From assembly GCA_002422955.1 (NCBI GenBank), contig DITY01000230.1, positions 18,745 through 82,744 on the forward strand: a DNA stretch of 64,000 nucleotides, in the 5' to 3' direction. Below are positions 1 through 9,359 of the stretch, in pieces (positions within the stretch are counted from its first letter, which is position 1; each line of letters opens with the position of its first letter). The notes beneath the pieces were generated by a model. It was not told the DNA's origin, made no database searches, and saw nothing but the letters and a program-made list of their open reading frames with translations. The stretch comes from Planctomycetaceae bacterium UBA6172. Lineage in GTDB: Bacteria; Planctomycetota; Planctomycetia; Pirellulales; Pirellulaceae. The translations under genes and the position numbers were made by a program.

Positions 1-1
1 C

Positions 2-2350
2 AGTGACGCCGAGCGTCCCTGGGCTTGGAGGTATCGCGACTGGGTCATCCGGTCGTTGAATGAGGACCGCGCGTTCGATCGATTCATCACGGAGCAGCTT
101 GCGGGAGATGAATTGGCGGGTCCCAAATCGGGCGATTGGACCACGGATCAGATAGAACTATTGACGGCCACGGGGTTCCTCAGGATGGCAGCCGACGGGA
201 CGGGCAGCGGAACGGACACCCCCGAGGCTCGCAATCAGACGATCGCTGATACGCTCAAGATTGTCGGTTCATCGCTGTTAGGGGTCAGTGTTCAATGCGC
301 GCAGTGCCACGATCATCGTTATGACCCCGTTCTGCACACCGATTACTTCGCGCTCCGTGCCGTGTTCGAACCGGCGCTCGATTGGCAGGCTTGGAAGTCG
401 CCCGCCGCGCGGCTCGTCTCGCTGCAAACCGAAGCTGACCGCGCCCTCTCGGCGGAGATCGAAGCCGAAGCCCAGAAAGTAGCCCAAGAGCGGGCCGCTA
501 AGCAGGCAGAGTACATGAAGCAGGCGCTCGATAAGGAACTGGAAAAGTTCGAAGAGCCGCTACGAACCTCGCTGCGAATGGCCTACGAGGCACCCGCGGA
601 TCAACGCACCGACGAGCAAAAGAAGCTGTTGGACGCGAACCCCAGCGTCAATATTTCGCCGGGAGTTTTATATCAGTACTTGCCAGCCGCTGCTGAGGAA
701 CTGAAGGGGTTTGACACGCGAATCGCAGAGATCCGCGCCCGCAAACCGGCCGAGCAGTTCGTCCGTGCGTTGGTCGAACCGCCTGGACACGCTCCGCAAA
801 CCAGATTGTTTCATCGCGGCGATCACCAGCAGCCCAAGCAGGTTGTGGTGCCCGCGGCCTTGACGGTGGCTGTGCCCGAGGGAACTCGCATCGAGTTTCC
901 GCTCGACGATGAAAGTTTGCCGACGACCGGCCGAAGACTAGCGTTCGCTCGCTGGCTGACTTCTCCTGACAATCCGCTCACGGCGCGGGTGATCGTCAAT
1001 CGCGTTTGGATGCATCACTTCGGGACTGGTCTGGTTGCTACCCCCGCCGACTTTGGGAAACTTGGCGCGAGACCGTCTCACCCCGAGTTGCTCGATTGGC
1101 TGGCGGATGAGTTCATGAGGGAAGGCTGGAGTCTTAAAAAACTACATCGCTTGATCCTATCTTCGGCGGTTTGGCGTCAGGTTCGGGGAACGCATCCGAT
1201 GGACGCCCACCGAATACCGACATCGCTCCAACGGTTGGAGGCCGAATCGATTCGCGATCGGATGTTGGCCGTCACGGGTACGCTCGATCACCGGTTGTTC
1301 GGTCCGCCCGTGGCGATCAAAGAAGATGACACAGGTCAAGTCATCGTCGACGGCAGTCAGACGCGGCGGAGCCTCTACGTGCAAGTCCGCCGGAGTCGCC
1401 CGGTGGCGATGTTGCAGGCCTTCGACGCCCCCGTAATGGAAACCAATTGCGAGATGCGTCCTAACTCGACCGTGGCTACGCAATCCTTGATGTTGCTCAA
1501 TGGAGAGTTCATTCTGGACCAGGCGGCGCGACTGGCCGACCGGGCGACCGCCGAAGCGAAGCCGCTGGCCTCGCCGTGGAATGACGTTTCGATCGAATGG
1601 TCGGCGGTGCAACCGTCTTGGCACTACGGGTTTGGATCGTTTGACGATCAAGCCGGCCGCACCGCTACGTTCGTCCCGCTGGAGCATTGGACAGGAACCC
1701 AGTGGCAAGCGGGCCCCGAGTTGCCCGATCCGCGGTACGGTTGGGCGTTGCTGCATGCGGCGGGTGGGCATCCCGACATCGCCGAACGGGCGGTGATTCG
1801 GCGTTGGACCGCGCCTCGCGCTGGGTCCGTTGCGATCGCCGGCAACCTGTCACACGGGGCCGACAACGGAGACGGGGTTCGCGGACGGATTGTATCCGAT
1901 CGTGCCGGCCTACTGGGCCAGTGGATCGTCCATGCTGGCACGGCGGCAACTCCCGTCGACTCGATCGAAGTCGCGGCTGGCGACACCATCGACTTCATCA
2001 CCGATTGCCGGGATAACCAGACCTCGGACTCGTTCAGTTGGCCGGTCACGTTAACACTCCGTGCGGCAGACGCTGCCGAGCAATCCTTCGCGAGCGGCGA
2101 TCAGTTTCAAGGTCCGCAAGAAAGTGATGCGGTGCTGTTGCCGCGGATCGTCAGCGCATGGAGGTTAGCCTACAGTCGCGATCCCGAGATAAGCGAATTC
2201 CGGTTGGCAGCGCAGTTCGTGGCTGACCAATTGCAGACGCTTCGTTTGAACCCTTCGGCGATGCCGGCCGGCCGCACCGCTGCTCAGCAATCGCTGATCA
2301 ACCTTTGTCAGGTGTTGCTCAGCTCAAATGAATTTCTTTATGTTGAGTGA
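2..2350 (+). CDS. PSCyt2/PSD1 (DUF1549/DUF1553) family protein, 5' end outside the window
   Basis: The frame is open from base 2 (SDAERPWAWRYRDWVIRS precedes the listed TTG at 56), so the gene starts upstream of the window. It has a CAQCHDHRYDP motif. The C-terminus ...NLCQVLLSSNEFLYVE is collinear with the in-window paralog at 45460-48345. A DUF1501 partner lies directly downstream. Confidence 0.85.
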   Translation, partial: SDAERPWAWRYRDWVIRSLNEDRAFDRFITEQLAGDELAGPKSGDWTTDQIELLTATGFLRMAADGTGSGTDTPEARNQTIADTLKIVGSSLLGVSVQCAQCHDHRYDPVLHTDYFALRAVFEPALDWQAWKSPAARLVSLQTEADRALSAEIEAEAQKVAQERAAKQAEYMKQALDKELEKFEEPLRTSLRMAYEAPADQRTDEQKKLLDANPSVNISPGVLYQYLPAAAEELKGFDTRIAEIRARKPAEQFVRALVEPPGHAPQTRLFHRGDHQQPKQVVVPAALTVAVPEGTRIEFPLDDESLPTTGRRLAFARWLTSPDNPLTARVIVNRVWMHHFGTGLVATPADFGKLGARPSHPELLDWLADEFMREGWSLKKLHRLILSSAVWRQVRGTHPMDAHRIPTSLQRLEAESIRDRMLAVTGTLDHRLFGPPVAIKEDDTGQVIVDGSQTRRSLYVQVRRSRPVAMLQAFDAPVMETNCEMRPNSTVATQSLMLLNGEFILDQAARLADRATAEAKPLASPWNDVSIEWSAVQPSWHYGFGSFDDQAGRTATFVPLEHWTGTQWQAGPELPDPRYGWALLHAAGGHPDIAERAVIRRWTAPRAGSVAIAGNLSHGADNGDGVRGRIVSDRAGLLGQWIVHAGTAATPVDSIEVAAGDTIDFITDCRDNQTSDSFSWPVTLTLRAADAAEQSFASGDQFQGPQESDAVLLPRIVSAWRLAYSRDPEISEFRLAAQFVADQLQTLRLNPSAMPAGRTAAQQSLINLCQVLLSSNEFLYVE

Positions 2351-2418
2351 TCCGCCCCGTACGCCTCCCGCCTCGACTCGCCCTGCCCTCCCCCACCCCG
2401 CTCCCGAGTTCCTCCACG

Positions 2419-3906
2419 ATGATCGATCCGCAAACCGTCGCCAGCGACCGCAATCATCGTCGAGCCTTTCTGCGTGATGGTTCGCTCGGAATCGGTACCC
2501 TAGCTCTCGCTTGGCTGTTGCAGCAGGAGCAGGCCGCGGCGGTTCCCAAGGGGGTTTCAAAAACGCCGCTGAAGTTCGATCTGTTGCCCAAGCAGCCGCA
2601 TTTCGCGCCGAAAGCCAAAGCGATGATTTCGCTATTCCAGCACGGTGGCCCCTCGCACATGGATCTCACGGACCCGAAGCCGGAGTTAACCCGACTGGAC
2701 GGCACGGATTATCCGGGTGACATCGCCTACAGCTTCGTCAACGAAGCTAGCAAGAAATTGATGGGCACGCGTTGGAAGTTCGAAAAGCATGGCCAGTGTG
2801 GCATGGAGCTGTCCGAACTGCTGCCTGAGACGGCGGGTATCGCGGATGACATCTGCCTCATTCGTAGCATGCATACCGGCGCTAACGGGCATGAGGTCTC
2901 AATCCGGTACTTCCATGGCGGCATTCCTGGGGTGCTCGGGCGGCCTCATCTGGCATCCTGGCTACTGTATGGCTTGGGGTCCGAGACCCAGGATCTGCCC
3001 GCCTATATGGTGTTGACGGATCCAGGTGGCCATCCGGTGGATGGCGTTAACAATTGGTCCAGTGGCTTCATGCCGCCACTTTATCAGGGCACCGTCATTC
3101 GGCCGCAGGAACCTCGTATCCTCAATCTCGACCCCCCAGCCCATTTGCGGGGTGAACCTCAGCGTCAGAATCTGGATCTGCTGCAGGCGCTCAATCTCGG
3201 GCATGCCGAACGATTTCCCGGGCATACGGATCTGGAGGCGCGGATCGCCAGCTACGAGTTGGCCGCACGAATGCAGACCGCGGCCCGCGAGGCGCTCGAC
3301 ATCTCTCAGGAGACCAAGGCGACGCACGACATGTATGGTTTGGACAATGAAATAACGCGGGAGTACGGTACACGCTGCTTAATCGCGCGGCGGTTGGTCG
3401 AACGGGGTGTCCGTTTCGTGCAACTCTTCCTCGCCGGTCAACCGTGGGACAACCACAGCAGTCTGGGCACCGCGTTGCCGGCGATCTGCAAGCGGACCGA
3501 CAAGCCTGCCGCCGCGTTGGTTAAGGATTTAAAGCAGCGTGGAATGTTGGACGAGGTGATCGTTCACTGGGGGGGCGAGATCGGGCGTCTGCCGGTGACT
3601 CAGAATCAAGGTGGTCCTGAAAAGCATGGTCGCGATCACAACGGTCAGGGTTTTAGCATTTGGCTAGCTGGCGGTGGCATTCGCGGTGGGATGGTGCATG
3701 GCGCAACCGACGAATTTGGTCATAAGGCGATCGAGAACGTTGTCACGCCAAACGATTTCCAGGCCACGCTGTTGCGTCAGTTCGGGCTCGATTGGAACCA
3801 ACTTTCCTTTCCCCATAACGGTCAAACCCAGATTTTGACCGCTGGCCGACCGGCTAGGGTCACGAGCGAAATTCTGCACAGCCCGCCGCAGGTCGCGGCG
3901 GATTAG
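2419..3906 (+). CDS. DUF1501 domain protein (sulfatase/alkaline-phosphatase-like), Tat-type signal
   Basis: ORF 2347-3906. The ATG at 2419 (MIDPQ...) gives a twin-arginine signal, HRRAFLRDGSLGIG. The motifs LFQHGGPSHMDLTDPKP, GGEIGRLP and GRDHN are shared with the paralogs at 44021-45454 and 59249-60661. Confidence 0.85.
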   Translation: MIDPQTVASDRNHRRAFLRDGSLGIGTLALAWLLQQEQAAAVPKGVSKTPLKFDLLPKQPHFAPKAKAMISLFQHGGPSHMDLTDPKPELTRLDGTDYPGDIAYSFVNEASKKLMGTRWKFEKHGQCGMELSELLPETAGIADDICLIRSMHTGANGHEVSIRYFHGGIPGVLGRPHLASWLLYGLGSETQDLPAYMVLTDPGGHPVDGVNNWSSGFMPPLYQGTVIRPQEPRILNLDPPAHLRGEPQRQNLDLLQALNLGHAERFPGHTDLEARIASYELAARMQTAAREALDISQETKATHDMYGLDNEITREYGTRCLIARRLVERGVRFVQLFLAGQPWDNHSSLGTALPAICKRTDKPAAALVKDLKQRGMLDEVIVHWGGEIGRLPVTQNQGGPEKHGRDHNGQGFSIWLAGGGIRGGMVHGATDEFGHKAIENVVTPNDFQATLLRQFGLDWNQLSFPHNGQTQILTAGRPARVTSEILHSPPQVAAD

Positions 3907-4096
3907 GGGGCGGGACGTTTTTAGCGGCTGGCGATCTGTTCTCGCCAATCTTTGGCCGTTTTGTGGCGGTGTCATTTGCCCAGGCGAAAATCTCGACCTA
4001 CATACAACTAGGTCGTTTGCCTCGACCGACCGCTGGCTTGTGTCTGGCTAGTGCCTTGGGTCAGCGACACGCCATCACACCCACAAACCGGTTCCC

Positions 4097-5554
4097 ATGA
4101 CGCCGACCGCTTCCATTCTCCTGGTTGATGATGACCTTTGCCTCGCCGAGTCGCTCGCCCAGTGGTTGATGACTCGGGGATATGCCGTCGAGGTCGCTGG
4201 GTCGCTGGCGGACGCTAAGTCCATGCTGAATCGGGTCTCATTTGAGTTGTTGCTAACCGACCTGAGGCTCGGAGATGCCGATGGCCTCGAACTCGTTCGT
4301 CAGGTCCGACGTTGCCACCCCCAGACCGCAAGCCTGGTGATGACGGGATACGCAACGACCGAGATCACCGTCGGCGCGGTTCGAGCTGGCGCATTCGATG
4401 TGTTGTCCAAGCCCGTTCCCGATCAAGCTCTGCTGTCGGCGATCCGCCGTGCGACCGGGCATCCCACGCTGCTCGATCAGAACGAGCGGTTGCGGCAGCA
4501 ACTGGAGGCTCGCATGGGAAAGGAGAACATCATCAGCCAGGACGGGCGGATGCTGGAAATTTTCCGGATCGTCGACAGCGTTGCCGACGCGCGGGTGTCT
4601 GTCCTAATCACAGGGGAAAATGGTACCGGAAAATCGATGATCGCCCGGGCAATCCACAATCGAAGTCGTCGGAAAAACGGCCCGTTCATCGAGGTCGCGT
4701 GCGGTGCGCTTCCCGATAACCTTCTAGAAAGTGAACTGTTCGGTCATATCGCTGGGGCTTATACCGGCGCGGTTGCGGATCGCCAGGGCAAGTTTGAATT
4801 GGCACATGGCGGTACCCTCTTCCTCGACGAGATCGGTACGGCGACTCCCGCGTTGCAGGTCAAGTTGCTCCGGGTATTGCAGGAGTTTCAGTTCGAACCG
4901 CTGGGAGGCAACCAAACCCGGACAGTCGATACCCGGGTGATCCTGGCGACCAACGAGGATTTAGCAACGGCTGTCGCATCCGGACGGTTTCGGCAGGACC
5001 TTTATTACCGAGTCAATGTGGTTGAAATTTCCTTGCCAGCGCTCCGCGACCGGCCCGGTGACATCCCCCTGTTGGTCGACCACGTTCTCGAAAAAATCGG
5101 CCGAGCGGGCGGAAGAAGGACGGAAGGATTCGACGCCGCCGCGATGGCGATCATGCAGCGTTACTCCTGGCCCGGAAATATTCGCCAACTGGAGAACGTC
5201 GTGGAGCGGGCCGTGCTTTTGGGGCGGAATCTTTACTTATCCGTCGATGATTTGTCGCCCGAGTTGGTTGCAGAAGTCCTCGCTGAGCCGACCCCGGCCT
5301 GGCCGGTGGGGCAGTTGGATGCCGATGGTGGTGATGCCGCCGACGGGGGAGCCGGTTCGGCGGGAGGGAATCGTCTACGGGGGGCTTTGGCGGAGCCGGA
5401 GCGGCAAATCATTTTGCGGACGTTGCGCGACCAGCACTGGAACCGATCCGCCACCGCGCAGCAGTTGGGGATCAACCGCACCACCCTTTACAAGAAAATG
5501 AAACGGCTTGGGCTGGATGACCCCAGCGTTCGTTACAGTCGCTGCGATCGTTAA
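4097..5554 (+). CDS. sigma-54-dependent response regulator (NtrC-type enhancer-binding protein)
   Basis: N-terminal receiver domain (ILLVDDD ... [10 protein letters not shown]). AAA+ domain with Walker [16 protein letters not shown] and the GAYTGA loop (GAFTGA variant). C-terminal Fis-type HTH ([21 protein letters not shown]). Confidence 0.9.
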   Translation: MTPTASILLVDDDLCLAESLAQWLMTRGYAVEVAGSLADAKSMLNRVSFELLLTDLRLGDADGLELVRQVRRCHPQTASLVMTGYATTEITVGAVRAGAFDVLSKPVPDQALLSAIRRATGHPTLLDQNERLRQQLEARMGKENIISQDGRMLEIFRIVDSVADARVSVLITGENGTGKSMIARAIHNRSRRKNGPFIEVACGALPDNLLESELFGHIAGAYTGAVADRQGKFELAHGGTLFLDEIGTATPALQVKLLRVLQEFQFEPLGGNQTRTVDTRVILATNEDLATAVASGRFRQDLYYRVNVVEISLPALRDRPGDIPLLVDHVLEKIGRAGGRRTEGFDAAAMAIMQRYSWPGNIRQLENVVERAVLLGRNLYLSVDDLSPELVAEVLAEPTPAWPVGQLDADGGDAADGGAGSAGGNRLRGALAEPERQIILRTLRDQHWNRSATAQQLGINRTTLYKKMKRLGLDDPSVRYSRCDR

Positions 5555-5655
5555 GGTTGGCTCAAGCGGGGCGCTCGGTCTAACCGATAAAGACCGACGG
5601 GGGCTGCTGTCGAGTTAGCCCGGATGTGAACCTGTCAGCCCGCGCAAGACAACCC

Positions 5656-6522
5656 ATGGCCGGAGTAACCTTTCGGGACGAGTTGCCCGCAGCCTCCGAT
5701 CGGACGGGGCGATTGTCCCATTGGGTAACCGATTGGGGGGGCGTCGTTATCGACGCCGTTTCGACGGTTGGTGACATCACGATCTTCGTTTATCGAATGT
5801 TCATTTGGATGTTCACCCGGCCGCCCGCTCGGGGGACCATGCTCCGTAATTGCTATCAGGTCGGCGTCTTGAGTCTGCCGGTCGTGGCCCTGACCGGGAC
5901 CTTCATCGGCATGGTGTTGGCGGTGCAGAGTTATCGCCAATTCCAAATGATCGGCCTCGAGAATCGCCTCGGGGCGGTGATCAATTCGTCGCTCGTGCGT
6001 GAACTTGGGCCGGTGCTGGCGGCCACCATGCTGGCCGGTCGGGTGGGTGGCGCGATCGCGGCCGTGCTAGGTACCATGCGGGTTACCGAGCAGATTGAAG
6101 CGCTCACGACCATGGGGGCGGACCCCATCCACTATCTGGTGGTTCCGCGATTTTTGGCTTGTGTCTTGCTGATCCCCGCGCTCACCGTCATGGCCGACTT
6201 CATGGGGATCGTGGGTGGCTACTTTTACAGCGTGGTGGTCCTGGGGATCGACCACGCCGCGTACCTACAAAACAGCGCTGATCACGTCACCGGGTTTGAT
6301 CTGTTTAGCGGTTTGATCAAGAGTTTTTTCTTCGGGGGGATCATTGCCGTCGTCAGTTGCTACCGCGGCTTTCACTGTGAACCGGGGGCGGAAGGGGTTG
6401 GCCAAGCGGCGACGGCCGCGTTCGTGATGTCATTCGTGCTCATTTTGGGGGTCGACCTGATCCTAAATATCCTTCTGGACGCGTTCTATTACAACATCTG
6501 GTCCCCGGAGCAAGCTCCATGA
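5656..6522 (+). CDS. mlaE: MlaE-family ABC transporter permease
   Basis: ORF 5626-6522 (GTG); I prefer the ATG at 5656. It is a multi-pass membrane protein with a typical MlaE/Ttg2B core (LVRELGPVLAATMLAGRVGGAIAA, MRVTEQIEAL). The stop overlaps the next gene's start in ATGA at 6519. Confidence 0.85.
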   Translation: MAGVTFRDELPAASDRTGRLSHWVTDWGGVVIDAVSTVGDITIFVYRMFIWMFTRPPARGTMLRNCYQVGVLSLPVVALTGTFIGMVLAVQSYRQFQMIGLENRLGAVINSSLVRELGPVLAATMLAGRVGGAIAAVLGTMRVTEQIEALTTMGADPIHYLVVPRFLACVLLIPALTVMADFMGIVGGYFYSVVVLGIDHAAYLQNSADHVTGFDLFSGLIKSFFFGGIIAVVSCYRGFHCEPGAEGVGQAATAAFVMSFVLILGVDLILNILLDAFYYNIWSPEQAP

Positions 6523-7448
6523 TGGGGGAATTGACCGACACCTACGCGAGCACGGTTGGAGACGCCGATCCGTTTGCCGACCCGATTATCCGCTTGCGCG
6601 ATATCAGTGTTCAGTTCCGGCATCAGGCCGTTTTGCAGCAAATCGATCTCGATATTCATCGCGGCGAGACCTTGGCGATCATCGGGGAAAGCGGTTGCGG
6701 CAAGACGGTTTTGATGAAGACCATGGTTGGCCTGATTCGGCCTGAACAGGGCTCGGTGCTGTTCGATGGCCAAGATCTGTCCAAGCTGAGCCAAACGGAG
6801 TTAACCCGCATTCGCCGTCGGATTGGGTTCGTTTTTCAGAATGCCGCTTTATTCGACAGCATGACCATCTTTGATAACGTGGCTTTTCCGATTTGGCAGC
6901 ACGAATCGGCCGACGACCGTGAAATTCGTGAGCGGGTGATGGAACGACTCGCCGAGGTTGGCCTGCCCTCGGAGGTGGCCACCAAGTACCCCGCAGAGTT
7001 AAGCGGCGGCATGAGGAAGCGGGTTGGCTTGGCGCGGGCTTTGGTCCTGCAGCCCGAGTTGATCGTCTATGACGAGCCGACGACCGGGTTGGATCCGATC
7101 ATGAGCGACGTGATCAACGAGTTGATTTTGGCAACGCGACGGAATCACCCGGTGACCAGCGTGGTGGTTACCCATGACATGCGGACGGCACGCAAGGTTG
7201 CTAACCGGGTGGTCATGCTGTTCCCGCGCCGGCGACTCCAGCCGGGACAATCGCAAGTCTTGTACGATGGGCCACCCAGCGATTTGGACCATGCGAGTGA
7301 TCGGCGAGTCCGGCAGTTCGTGCGTGGCGAGGCGGGCGAACGGATCGACGAGATGACCCGTGATTTCGCCGCCCGTGCCGCCGTCTCGAGTCCGGCCAAT
7401 CCCCGCGGGGGAACGGGTGCAATGGAAGGAGAAAGTAACGATGGATGA
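6519..7448 (+). CDS. mlaF: ABC transporter ATP-binding protein, MlaF-like
   Basis: Walker A GESGCGKT, signature LSGGMRKR, Walker B LIVYDEPTTGLD. It overlaps the flanking genes at both ends, which suggests translational coupling. Confidence 0.9.
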   Translation: MMGELTDTYASTVGDADPFADPIIRLRDISVQFRHQAVLQQIDLDIHRGETLAIIGESGCGKTVLMKTMVGLIRPEQGSVLFDGQDLSKLSQTELTRIRRRIGFVFQNAALFDSMTIFDNVAFPIWQHESADDREIRERVMERLAEVGLPSEVATKYPAELSGGMRKRVGLARALVLQPELIVYDEPTTGLDPIMSDVINELILATRRNHPVTSVVVTHDMRTARKVANRVVMLFPRRRLQPGQSQVLYDGPPSDLDHASDRRVRQFVRGEAGERIDEMTRDFAARAAVSSPANPRGGTGAMEGESNDG

Positions 7449-8694
7449 TGCGAAACTTAGGTTTGGTGTCGGGGTCCTGGTGCTGTCGGCTATCGGTGTC
7501 GGCGTGATCTTGACCTTCCTATTCGGCGCCTTTCCGACCGCGCTGTCGCGAACCTATACCCTGACGGTTGACGTCGAATCGGCCGCCGGCATCAGCGTGA
7601 ACTCGCCGGTTCTTCGCGACGGAGTTCGGATCGGCCGTGTCGCCCAGATTCAGTTGCGGCCCGAGGGCGGAGTGCAGCTTGAACTCGCGATCGATAATGA
7701 CCGCAAGTTGACGCGGGCCTATGTCCCGTCGATCGGTTCAGGCTCGTTGGTGACCGGTGACGCTAAGTTGGAGTTTCGTAAGGACTTATCGAGCGCCCTC
7801 GAGAATCTAGACGGCCAAGCACCCGTCGGCCAGTCAGCGGTGCCTCGGAACCGGTTATGGGATCCGCCCGAGGAAGAGTTGTTGACATCGAACTATGGCG
7901 ACGGGGACTTCATCCGCTCAGGGCAGAATACGTCGGACGCATTTTCCGCGATCGCAGGCTTGGAGAGCGAAATGAAGGCCACGCTGCAGACCATTCAGCG
8001 GGCCGGCACGGCGATGGAAAGCGCCGGGGCATCGGTCAACGAACTGGCCAACACCGTTCGCGGCTTGGTTTCGGAGAACGAGGACAACGTTGCTGATCTC
8101 GTCGAGGGCGCGGGCGAAGCGATTCGCGAGCTCAAGGCGGCGATGAGTGAAATTCGAGGGATCGTTGCCGACCCGGAAATTCGCGAGCAATTGGCCGAAA
8201 CGCTGCAGTCTCTTCCCCGTGTACTGGATGAGGCTGAGGAAGCCTTGTCCAGCACCAAAATGACCATGAGACAGTTCGAACGGGTGGGAGCCGCGGCTGA
8301 GCAAGCGGTCGGCAATGCAGGCGAAACGTTTCAGTCACTCGATCGAACCATCGGCAACATCGAACGCTTCACCGCGCCGTTGGGGGAACGCGGTGACGAA
8401 CTGGTGAACCAGGTCATGAGCAGCTTCGCGAATCTCGACCGAGCGCTGCAGCAGGTCAATCAACTGGGTGAACTGGTTAATAATGACAATGGGAGCCTGC
8501 GGCGACTTTTGGAGGATGAAGAGCTTTACTTCCAAGTCAAACGGACGATCGGGAACATCGAGCAAGCTACCGTCCGGATTCGACCGATTATCGATGACGT
8601 TCGCGTCTTCACGGACAAGCTCGCTCGCGATCCGAGCCAACTGGGTGTCAAAGGTGCCCTTACTGCTCGACCGACCGGTTTGGGCATCAAGTGA
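7441..8694 (+). CDS. mlaD: MCE/MlaD-family protein with a long C-terminal helical extension
   Basis: ORF 7360-8694; the ATG at 7441 (MDDAKLRFGVGVLVLSAIGV) gives an N-terminal TM anchor. An MCE domain follows (TYTLTVDVESAAGISVNSPVLRDGVRIGRV...). The remaining roughly 300 aa are Ala/Glu/Leu-rich and look helical. Confidence 0.8.
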   Translation: MDDAKLRFGVGVLVLSAIGVGVILTFLFGAFPTALSRTYTLTVDVESAAGISVNSPVLRDGVRIGRVAQIQLRPEGGVQLELAIDNDRKLTRAYVPSIGSGSLVTGDAKLEFRKDLSSALENLDGQAPVGQSAVPRNRLWDPPEEELLTSNYGDGDFIRSGQNTSDAFSAIAGLESEMKATLQTIQRAGTAMESAGASVNELANTVRGLVSENEDNVADLVEGAGEAIRELKAAMSEIRGIVADPEIREQLAETLQSLPRVLDEAEEALSSTKMTMRQFERVGAAAEQAVGNAGETFQSLDRTIGNIERFTAPLGERGDELVNQVMSSFANLDRALQQVNQLGELVNNDNGSLRRLLEDEELYFQVKRTIGNIEQATVRIRPIIDDVRVFTDKLARDPSQLGVKGALTARPTGLGIK

Positions 8695-8795
8695 TACGGC
8701 CGAGGGGAATGCCGTCCGTGACCATGCTCCGGGAACGCCCGTCACACGTGCAACTCGATGGCTGTCTTGCTAGCTCAAGCAATGCAGCCCAGTGG

Positions 8796-9263
8796 CTACC
8801 TGGGTGCGGTGACCACGCCGGCGCGAGACTGGGTCCGGAGTTGATCCGCGCGCATCAACACATTCTCGGCCGGTTCCAGCGTTTCAGGGACCAACTCGAC
8901 ATCGATGATCCGCTCATCTCGGATTTCCCAGGGCCAGAGCGTTTCGGTTACAAAATCGAGTACCGGGTACTGGTACCAAGGAGGGTTGATCGTTCGCTTG
9001 ACCGTTTCGGTGCGATAGCCGTCCTTCTGGATACGGATCTCGCGGGTCCCGTAATACGTGAATGAACTGGCCGCCGGAGAGGTGCCGATCAATTGGTTAT
9101 CCACCGAAATGACCGCTCCCGGCGGGCTGGTACGGACCGTGAGACGGCGTCGCACGCAACCGCTACATGCCAAGACCGCGGATGTTGCCAGCAACATGCC
9201 GGTTACCGCGCTGCGGCGGTTGGTATGCCAAGGTCGTGACCCGCGGTTGTCTCGATCCATCAT
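8796..9263 (-). CDS. PEGA domain protein, probable lipoprotein
   Basis: ORF 8796-9329; the start is uncertain (ATG at 9263/9260 or 9197). There is a hydrophobic signal ending in ...AVLACSGC. The PEGA-like segment is LTVRTSPPGAVISVDNQLIGTSP...IRIQKDGYRTETVKR. Confidence 0.65.
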   Translation of the reverse strand: MMDRDNRGSRPWHTNRRSAVTGMLLATSAVLACSGCVRRRLTVRTSPPGAVISVDNQLIGTSPAASSFTYYGTREIRIQKDGYRTETVKRTINPPWYQYPVLDFVTETLWPWEIRDERIIDVELVPETLEPAENVLMRADQLRTQSRAGVVTAPR

Positions 9264-9359
9264 CCAGTTCCCAGTCGGTGTCTGGCACGGGAGCTGTCCG
9301 GTACCATCAGTCCTTGGGATGTAATCCAACTCCGCTTCTCTTTGCCAGACGAATTTCTG

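Noticed and set aside
9286-9300. TGGCACGGGAGCTGT is a sigma-54-like -24 element upstream of apbE.
   Set aside because: The -24 half is perfect, but the -12 half reads CTGT instead of TTGC (no GC dinucleotide). It also lies within the probable 5' coding end of the PEGA gene on the other strand.
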